Positions 34,845 to 40,765 of a DNA stretch of 40,765 nucleotides are shown here, one piece after another. The stretch lies in the IMG/VR virus record IMGVR_UViG_3300003775_000008; one strand, given 5' to 3'. The notes beneath the pieces are model-generated. The model did no database searches, was not told the DNA's origin, and was given only the letters and a program-made list of their open reading frames with translations. This DNA is from a virus. The number at the start of each line of letters is the position of its first letter. Position 1 is the first letter of the stretch. The position numbers were made by a program, and so were the translations under genes.

Positions 34845-35140
34845 TGGCCACCCGTGGCGCCAGCAAGCCCAACCAGGCGATGTGCTGCCTGACGGTGGGT
34901 TTCGTTCAGATCCTGCTGCCCGCAGATGCGGGGCTCAAGGTTGTCGCGCTTCTGCGAGGCGCCGTCGAAGGTCACCTTCGCTACGACGCATCCGTTGACC
35001 GGATCTTCGAGATCGATGGCGAACTCGGCGTCGAGTACTGCGCCGTCAAGGCTGGCCAGGTGCGTATGCCGAAGCCTCCGGCAGCTCCACCGGCCCCAGC
35101 CGCCATCGGACACGAGCCGCTGAAGCTGCCCCATGTCTGA
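34844..35140 (+). CDS. Hypothetical small early protein
   Basis: 98 aa. Start abuts the upstream stop. Confidence 0.45.
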   Translation: MATRGASKPNQAMCCLTVGFVQILLPADAGLKVVALLRGAVEGHLRYDASVDRIFEIDGELGVEYCAVKAGQVRMPKPPAAPPAPAAIGHEPLKLPHV

Positions 35141-35714
35141 AACCAGTTCCCTCCTTGATCAGGTTGAGCCGACCACCGGCCGCTTGGTCTTCCCCCCGGC
35201 GCCCTCGGGCGTCGGGGCCTTTCTTGAAAGGTCTTCCATGTCGAAGTTGACAGACGTTGAGCTGCAGAATCTCCAGGACGTCCGATGCGAAGTCTCGCGT
35301 GCGCTCATGTTGCGAGCTGCCGCTGAGATCGTGCATCTGCGCGGGTTGATCAACAACCCGCACACCGAGGAGTTTCTCTCGGCGACCCAGTACGAGGCGG
35401 CGCACCAGCGCTACCGCTTCGGCGAAGCGCACGACCGTCAGAAGAGCGCGGAGAACTGGTTCTGGCTGATCGGGCGTCTCGTGGGTAAGTGCGAGCGCGC
35501 AGCGATCATGGGCGACAAGGACAAGGCCCTGCATCACACCATCAGCTCGGCTGCGGCGCTGGCGAACTGGTACCAGGCCATCAAGCTCGACACGTCGGGC
35601 TGTGGCGCCGGGCTGGATCTCGACCTCCCGTCTCTCGAAACGAGCGAGGCAGACGCCCAGCACGTCGCTATGGGCAGCATCCTCTTGCGCACGGGGGCGA
35701 GCGATGGCCGCTGA
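35133..35714 (+). CDS. Hypothetical early protein (all-helical look; alternative start 35238)
   Basis: 193 aa. No catalytic motif recognised. Confidence 0.5.
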   Translation: MSETSSLLDQVEPTTGRLVFPPAPSGVGAFLERSSMSKLTDVELQNLQDVRCEVSRALMLRAAAEIVHLRGLINNPHTEEFLSATQYEAAHQRYRFGEAHDRQKSAENWFWLIGRLVGKCERAAIMGDKDKALHHTISSAAALANWYQAIKLDTSGCGAGLDLDLPSLETSEADAQHVAMGSILLRTGASDGR

Positions 35715-35967
35715 GCGCAAGAAGCCTGTGAAGCTGCAGGTGAACATCTTCTCGACCACCTGGAAGGATGTCGTTCGCTTCGACGCTGCCAACGACTTTC
35801 AGTCGATGGAGGTGATGGATGCTGCGGCCACGCTCGGCCGCAACAGCTTCGATCAGCGACCGCGCTTCCGGATCGTGCGCGATGACCCCGCATTCGCCGG
35901 CGAGGAAGCCATCGTCGTCACCGAATGGGCATCCGGCGAAGGCTGGAAGGGAGAGCAGCATGCCTGA
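35704..35967 (+). CDS. Hypothetical small early protein
   Basis: 87 aa. Overlaps the upstream stop. Confidence 0.45.
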   Translation: MAAERKKPVKLQVNIFSTTWKDVVRFDAANDFQSMEVMDAAATLGRNSFDQRPRFRIVRDDPAFAGEEAIVVTEWASGEGWKGEQHA

Positions 35968-36313
35968 TCTCTCTATCCCCCTCTTCTGGTTCGTCCTCTC
36001 GTTGACAGCCCTCGGCGCAGCGGCTTGGCTCTGCGGCTGCTTCGATGCACGCAATCGCGCCTGGCCGGCCTGGTCGATCTCGGCGACCCAGGTGCTGACT
36101 GCTGTGTTCGGGGTCTTGGGCGCGCTGCTGTTCGCGATGCCGAAGGTGCATCCCACCTGGGGCTTCGCCGCATTCCTGGTGAGCAACCTCGCGGCGATTC
36201 CCTTCAACAAGCATCAGGGCAACCGCTGGATTCTGGCGAAGGAGCGCTGCTTCCTGGTGTTCACGCTGGTGGGCTTGTGGAACTGGTGGCTCGGGCCGCT
36301 GGTGCTGGGGTAA
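35960..36313 (+). CDS. Small integral membrane protein (3-4 TM)
   Basis: 117 aa. Hydrophobic segments and a LVGLWNWW C-terminus. Confidence 0.55.
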   Translation: MPDLSIPLFWFVLSLTALGAAAWLCGCFDARNRAWPAWSISATQVLTAVFGVLGALLFAMPKVHPTWGFAAFLVSNLAAIPFNKHQGNRWILAKERCFLVFTLVGLWNWWLGPLVLG

Positions 36314-36316
36314 GCC

Positions 36317-36691
36317 ATGAAAGACGAACAGATTCTGAAATTGCTCAAGTCCATGCAGACCAAGCCTGGCCACGAGTTCGACTTCGTCGGCTTCGCCCGC
36401 CTGGTCATTGCCGCGCATGTGATCGAACGGCAACGCATCGCCGAGTCTCTAGAAACGGAGCCAGGCTCCACGCCACCGACCTGGACCTTCAAGACGAAGC
36501 ACGCGTTGGTCAGTTCAGCGAAGGTAGCGCAGGGAATTCTGCGCTTCGTTGTACGTCCTTCGATGAACCCTCCACCGTTCGGCGTGGACCCGGCTGACAA
36601 CCACATTCGCGTGTTGCAGCAGCTCTGGCGTTCGCCATCCGGCGGGGAGCCGTGGTGGGAAGACGTCCCGCTTGAACGCGAGGAGGGGTGA
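36317..36691 (+). CDS. Hypothetical early protein
   Basis: 124 aa. Confidence 0.5.
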   Translation: MKDEQILKLLKSMQTKPGHEFDFVGFARLVIAAHVIERQRIAESLETEPGSTPPTWTFKTKHALVSSAKVAQGILRFVVRPSMNPPPFGVDPADNHIRVLQQLWRSPSGGEPWWEDVPLEREEG

Positions 36692-36692
36692 C

Positions 36693-37631
36693 ATGAGCGC
36701 CACCAGCAAGATCGAATGGACCGACGCCACCTGGAATCCGGTGACAGGCTGCAGCGTGCAGAGCCCTGGCTGCAAGAACTGCTACGCGATGAAGCTCGCC
36801 GGCACGCGCCTGCGGCACCACCCCAGCCGCGCCGGCCTGACGCAGGAGAGCGCCGCAGGCCCGGTATGGACGGGCGAGACCCGGTTCAACGCCGAGTGGC
36901 TTGAGCAGCCGCTGCAGTGGACGCGCGCACGGATGATCTTCGTCTGCGCGCACGGCGATCTCTTCCACCCTTCGGTACCGGATGAGTGGATCGACCAGGT
37001 CTTCGCCGTCATGGCGCTGGCGGGTCGCCACACCTTCCAGGTGCTGACGAAACAGGCGAAACGCGCGGCAGAGTACTTCGCGCATCCGGTGCGCGAGGCC
37101 CTGATCGGGCAGCAGGTCGGGCAGATCAACCTGCGGCGGACCGGCAACCCCGTTGCCGCGTGGTCGGGCCTGCCGCTGCCGAACGTTTGGATCGGTGCCA
37201 GCGCCGAAGATCAACGCCGGCTCGACGAGCGGCTTCCCCACCTCGTCGGCATCCCGGCCGCGGTGCGCTACCTCAGCCTGGAACCTCTGCTCGGCGCGGT
37301 AGAGATCGATCACCAGCTCATCGCGCCGATCGAGGGAACCTCGCAGCACGGCCAGCGCTTTATCGACTGGGTGATCGTCGGCGGCGAGAGCGGCCACGGC
37401 GCGCGGCCGATGCATCCCGACTGGGCGCGCAGCCTGCGCGATCAGTGCCAGGCCGTCGGCGTAGCCTTCTTCTTCAAGCAGTGGGGTGAGTGGGGCCCGT
37501 ATGGCCGAGGTCGCGTCGACGGCGCTCTGCTCGCGACGCCGAATTCCCTAGACGAACCGCTGCAACGCTTCGGCAAAAAGCTCGCCGGCCGCCTGCTCGA
37601 CGGGCGCGAATGGAGCGAGGTGCCGCGATGA
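36693..37631 (+). CDS. Phage Gp37/Gp68 family protein (DUF5131)
   Basis: SKIEWTDATWNPVTGCSVQSPGCKNCYA N-terminus with C-x6-C-x2-C. AGGAGGGG RBS. Confidence 0.8.
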   Translation: MSATSKIEWTDATWNPVTGCSVQSPGCKNCYAMKLAGTRLRHHPSRAGLTQESAAGPVWTGETRFNAEWLEQPLQWTRARMIFVCAHGDLFHPSVPDEWIDQVFAVMALAGRHTFQVLTKQAKRAAEYFAHPVREALIGQQVGQINLRRTGNPVAAWSGLPLPNVWIGASAEDQRRLDERLPHLVGIPAAVRYLSLEPLLGAVEIDHQLIAPIEGTSQHGQRFIDWVIVGGESGHGARPMHPDWARSLRDQCQAVGVAFFFKQWGEWGPYGRGRVDGALLATPNSLDEPLQRFGKKLAGRLLDGREWSEVPR

Positions 37632-37921
37632 AACGCCGGCCTACCGTCCACATCGTGATGGCCTGCACGAACTACGAAGGTGATCGGCCCGTTCAAGCCT
37701 TTGCGAACGTTGAAGCCGCCCATCTCTTCAAAGCGGCCTTGGATGCGCATGTTCTCAAGCGTCCCAGTCCGCCCGCCCAAGCCGTCGACACGCCAGAAAA
37801 CGATGCCGAGTTCGAGGCGTGGGACCGGAAGACCAAACGCTGGTTGAAGCTCCATCCAGCAGGCGCGGACTTCGCCTACTACGACGACTTTGCAGTCATC
37901 GAGCTGCCCTACACGCCATGA
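37628..37921 (+). CDS. Hypothetical small early protein
   Basis: 97 aa. ATGA overlap with the upstream gene. Confidence 0.45.
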   Translation: MKRRPTVHIVMACTNYEGDRPVQAFANVEAAHLFKAALDAHVLKRPSPPAQAVDTPENDAEFEAWDRKTKRWLKLHPAGADFAYYDDFAVIELPYTP

Positions 37922-38217
37922 AACGCCAGTGCGACGCCTTCAACTGCTCGCGCGAAGTGGCTTCGGGCAGGTTCCTCTGCCTGAATCACTGGCGCATGGT
38001 TCCCGTGGCCACGCAACAGGCCATCAACACGCGCTATCGCGCCTGCAGGTCCAACTTCGGCTTCCTCAGTGACCTCGTCTATCTGCAGGCCTGCGTGGAC
38101 GCGATCGACGGTATCGCCAAGAGCGAGTTTGGCGCTGGGCATCAGGCTGGCCAGGGCTCATATCACAGGCTGCTGGCGTCCGCTCAACGCCGCGCCGATT
38201 CAGAGAAGGGAACTTGA
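37918..38217 (+). CDS. Hypothetical Cys-rich small protein
   Basis: C..C......C..HW pattern. ATGA overlap. Confidence 0.5.
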   Translation: MKRQCDAFNCSREVASGRFLCLNHWRMVPVATQQAINTRYRACRSNFGFLSDLVYLQACVDAIDGIAKSEFGAGHQAGQGSYHRLLASAQRRADSEKGT

Positions 38218-38218
38218 C

Positions 38219-38461
38219 ATGGCCAACACCCCATCAGCTCGCGCGGTGGCGACAAGGAAGCGGACCGCGATCGCTTGTGCCAGGAAGCTCGAAGCCGCAG
38301 CGAACGCCCTCTTGGCGCATATGCACGCCTGCAACGCTTGCGATGACGCCAGTGCGACTCTGGAGCGGCAGGGCAAAGGTATCGATGGCAGGTCCAAGCT
38401 GCTACGAGACATGCAGGAGTTCGCCGGCCATCTGGATTCGACCTTTGGATCGGATTTCTGA
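38219..38461 (+). CDS. Hypothetical small protein
   Basis: 80 aa. HMHACNAC motif. Confidence 0.45.
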   Translation: MANTPSARAVATRKRTAIACARKLEAAANALLAHMHACNACDDASATLERQGKGIDGRSKLLRDMQEFAGHLDSTFGSDF

Positions 38462-38754
38462 TGCCCACCTACCGTCACGCCTCGCTCGGCGTCATTCACA
38501 TGAGGGGCTCAAAGCTGCCGGCGCCCTGTGGCGAGCAACTGCTCGTCGACGGGAAGCTGGCACTGTGTGCCTATCCCAGCGAGTTCCTGTGCGACGGCCC
38601 CCGCCAGGACACACGACGCACCTGCGATCGCCCGCTGTGCCCTCGCCATGCGACCCAGGTCGGCCCCGATAGCCACCTCTGCCAGCGCTGCCGGACCGAG
38701 GCAATCAACGAGGTCGGCCAGCGCAATCTTTTCACTCACCTGATCGAACCATGA
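38461..38754 (+). CDS. Hypothetical Cys-rich (zinc-binding-like) protein
   Basis: CDRPLCPRH....CQRC pattern. Confidence 0.5.
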   Translation: MPTYRHASLGVIHMRGSKLPAPCGEQLLVDGKLALCAYPSEFLCDGPRQDTRRTCDRPLCPRHATQVGPDSHLCQRCRTEAINEVGQRNLFTHLIEP

Positions 38755-39371
38755 ATCATCCTGAAATCAGCATCGATGAAACCACCCCCGTGCTTCAGGT
38801 GAAAACCAATGAGGGTTTTCAAGCAGCACTTCAGCGCTATGCCCACGGCAACGGATCGAGTGCTGGTGTCGCGGGCGCGGCTGTCCGCGCGCTGGTCGCA
38901 ACTTGTACTCTGGTCGACGTCCCCAAGGGCTACAAGGTTGTGCTGGTACCCGACGAAGCCGCGCCCAACGAGCCAGACTGGGAAGAGTGCAAACGGCAAG
39001 CAGAAGTGAGCACTGGGCTGAAGGTCGAACCGCACACCTTCAGCATTCTCAAGCGCGAGGTCCGCCGCTGGATCGCCCACAGACATTCCTGCCAAGCGGC
39101 ACAAGCGGAAGGTTCGGCCCTGCTACAGAAGGCCCTCAGAATCGCCGACTCAGCAATGTTCGAGCTGCTGGCGGTCAGCTGCGTAGACCACGATGGCCAC
39201 GGCCTTGTCCTTGGCCTGACCGACGCCAATGCGTTGGAGGTCCGTTCGCTCGCTGACGCCGATGAGAACCTTCGCGAGGCCTTCGATTGGCTGCGTGAAC
39301 GTGGGTATGTTGTTCTCGCCGAGGACTCGGAGGGCGAGCACATCGTTGTAGAGCGGAGGCCCGGCGAATGA
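38751..39371 (+). CDS. Hypothetical early protein
   Basis: 206 aa. Confidence 0.5.
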   Translation: MNHPEISIDETTPVLQVKTNEGFQAALQRYAHGNGSSAGVAGAAVRALVATCTLVDVPKGYKVVLVPDEAAPNEPDWEECKRQAEVSTGLKVEPHTFSILKREVRRWIAHRHSCQAAQAEGSALLQKALRIADSAMFELLAVSCVDHDGHGLVLGLTDANALEVRSLADADENLREAFDWLRERGYVVLAEDSEGEHIVVERRPGE

Positions 39372-39814
39372 GCAAGCTCGCCCGCGACCACCGCAACTCT
39401 GACCTGGCCAAAATCCACCTGGCCAAGAAGCAGCTCGCCATGAGCGACGAGGACTACCGCGACATGCTGTGGACACAGGGCCGCGTCCGCAGCTCCGGGG
39501 ATCTCGATCACGTCGGCCGGGCCAACGTGCTGGAGTACCTGAAGAAGATCGGCTTCAAGACCATCGTGAAGCCCGGCGGCAAGCGGCCTCGGCGTCCAGT
39601 ACCGACCGCCGACAAGCTGAAGCTCATCCGCCGGATCCGGGCGCAGCTCATCAGCCTCGACCGCAAGCCCGACACCTATGCCGATGGCATCGCCAAGCAG
39701 ATGTTCGGCGAGCAAGCGCCCGACTTCTACGAATGGTGCAACCACGACCAGCTGCATCGCATCTCCGCAGCACTGGGAGTTCAGCAACGTCGCGAAGGGG
39801 CCGCCACGCAATGA
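39368..39814 (+). CDS. gemA: GemA / Mu gp16-like regulatory protein (DUF1018)
   Basis: LAKIHLAKKQLAMSDEDYRDML....S.......VLEYLKKIGF pattern. Confidence 0.75.
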   Translation: MSKLARDHRNSDLAKIHLAKKQLAMSDEDYRDMLWTQGRVRSSGDLDHVGRANVLEYLKKIGFKTIVKPGGKRPRRPVPTADKLKLIRRIRAQLISLDRKPDTYADGIAKQMFGEQAPDFYEWCNHDQLHRISAALGVQQRREGAATQ

Positions 39815-40242
39815 GCCACAAAGCGGTCAGCGAAGCGCAGTACAGTCTGTTCGACGAAACGGTGCCGCTGCGCCAGGTCGAGCACGTCAGCGAACTTCCG
39901 AAGACCGCACAGGCCTTGGCAGACGCGATCGGGATCGATGCGACCATCGACCTGGTCAAGATGTTCGGCGGCGACGAGATCAAGATTCCAGAGGTGGTCG
40001 ACGGCACCTCCCGCATGTGGGCGGTGCTGGTCGAGAGCATCGGACGCGAGGCGGCCGCCAAGCTCGTCGGCCACTTCGGCGGCGTGAGCGTGTACGTTGC
40101 GAAATGCGAGGCGGTGTTGAGGGTGCATCGCAACCGCGAGATCATTCGCAGCTACGATGCCGGCGAGCCTTTCGACGCCATCCGCAGGCGCTACAAGCTC
40201 AGCCGCTCCCACCTGTTCCGGCTGCTGAAGAAAACGGTATGA
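39811..40242 (+). CDS. mor: Mor-family transcriptional activator
   Basis: C-terminal RNREIIRSYDAG..FDAIRRRYKLSRSHLFRLL HTH. Last gene of the early arm. Confidence 0.8.
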   Translation: MSHKAVSEAQYSLFDETVPLRQVEHVSELPKTAQALADAIGIDATIDLVKMFGGDEIKIPEVVDGTSRMWAVLVESIGREAAAKLVGHFGGVSVYVAKCEAVLRVHRNREIIRSYDAGEPFDAIRRRYKLSRSHLFRLLKKTV

Positions 40243-40308
40243 GACTGCCTTGACCCGTTGATCTGCCTGCGATACCTTGGTTGTCCACAGGCGGATTTGA
40301 GTTTGTTG

Positions 40309-40333
40309 AAAGCCCCTGAAAAGGGGCTTTTTT
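40309..40333 (+). terminator. Rho-independent terminator after mor (potentially bidirectional)
   Basis: AAAGCCCCT-GAAA-AGGGGCTTT followed by a T run. Confidence 0.8.
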
Positions 40334-40344
40334 ACGCACACGAC

Positions 40345-40518
40345 GTGCGAGTTTGGTGCGAGTTCTGCCTAAAAGTTAGGCAATTTGCGTGCGAGTTCGA
40401 TGGTTTCCTCTCCCGACCAGCCGCGAGAATTCCTTTTTACTTCAATGGGTTACCCAACTCGCACGCGGCCTTCGAACTTGCACGCCACCGTGCGAGTTGG
40501 TCGCTAGTTGGGAGTTGA
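40345..40518 (+). repeat. Array of 9-mer GTGCGAGTT
   Basis: Exact direct copies at 40345, 40356, 40389 and 40490. One exact inverted copy at 40456-40464. Degenerate copies at 40475-40483, 40503-40511 and 40510-18. Candidate transposase end-binding sites. Confidence 0.6.
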
Positions 40519-40632
40519 TGGTCATCTTGGGATTGCCACAGAAAGCGCGTGCTCTCCAATGAAGAGCAGGGGTTGTATCAGTGTCCGAGGCCTTCCGGCC
40601 GAGCCCCCAGGAACGCGCAGGAGCCGTTTTGC

Positions 40633-40641
40633 CATGCGTCC
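40633..40641 (+). repeat. Fourth copy of CATGCGTCC
   Basis: See 86-188. Confidence 0.8.
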
Positions 40642-40664
40642 GCGATGGTGGGGCGCCTGGAGGT

Positions 40665-40765
40665 GCCAAAGGGCCTCAGAAGGCCCGATTTCATTGGGGC
40701 GGCCCGATTCTTCCGACCACTTCCCGGATCTTCCCGGTCAGTTCAGGGGCATGCGTCCATTCACA
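40665..40765 (+). repeat. Terminal direct repeat copy 2 (identical to 1-101)
   Basis: Same 101-nt string as 1-101. Confidence 0.95.

Larger units (their letters stand above)
1..40765. mobile_element. Mu-like transposable myophage genome (complete, circularly permuted in this window)
   Basis: Ner, MuA-type DDE transposase, MuB ATPase, GemA and Mor on +. Repressor, lysis, terminase, portal, MuF, MuG, protease, capsid, sheath, tube, TMP, baseplate, fibre and com on -. No integrase or tRNA. Window ends are an identical 101-nt repeat. Confidence 0.85.

Noticed and set aside
36510-37415. 301-aa - strand ORF
   Set aside because: It is antisense to the DUF5131 gene.
40345-40518. Possible CRISPR array
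   Set aside because: The repeats are only 9 nt long, irregularly spaced (11-67 nt) and one is inverted. There are no cas genes.
40258-40669. ORFs 40258-40518 (+) and 40442-40669 (-) in the junction region
   Set aside because: They span the terminator and the repeat arrays, lack an RBS, and have implausible composition. The region is treated as non-coding.

Overview
The window is one complete, high-GC, Mu-like transposable myophage genome, circularly permuted: the first and last 101 nt are identical, giving a 40,664-bp unit. As far as I recall, the layout is BcepMu-like rather than Mu-like. A central AT-rich switch (27226-27393) separates two arms. The + arm carries Ner, a MuA-type DDE transposase, a MuB-type ATPase, about 20 tightly coupled small early ORFs (including DUF3164 and a Gp37/Gp68-DUF5131 protein), GemA and Mor. 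The - arm starts with an S24/LexA-type repressor co-transcribed with a secreted moron. It continues with the lysis cassette (GH19 endolysin, holin-like, Rz with embedded Rz1), terminase, portal, MuF, MuG, protease/scaffold and capsid. It ends with sheath, tube, a chaperone with a hidden -1 frameshift, tape measure, baseplate and a Gly-rich fibre. In the slot where Mu carries mom, the - arm closes with a Com-like zinc ribbon, a Dam-class methyltransferase and a DUF72 protein. I found no integrase, tRNA, rRNA, CRISPR array or reverse transcriptase. Points worth a second look: (1) the com-methylase-DUF72 cassette; (2) a 19-nt dyad present only before the endolysin and protease genes, at identical spacing, resembling Mu Plys and PI; (3) mirrored, apparently leaderless repressor and ner starts; (4) the 712-nt repeat-dense non-coding junction, which must hold both phage ends yet closes into a circle; (5) the DUF5131 gene in the early operon. 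All family assignments come from motif recognition by eye and memory, not from searches. Most long ORFs antisense to these genes are GC-driven shadows.
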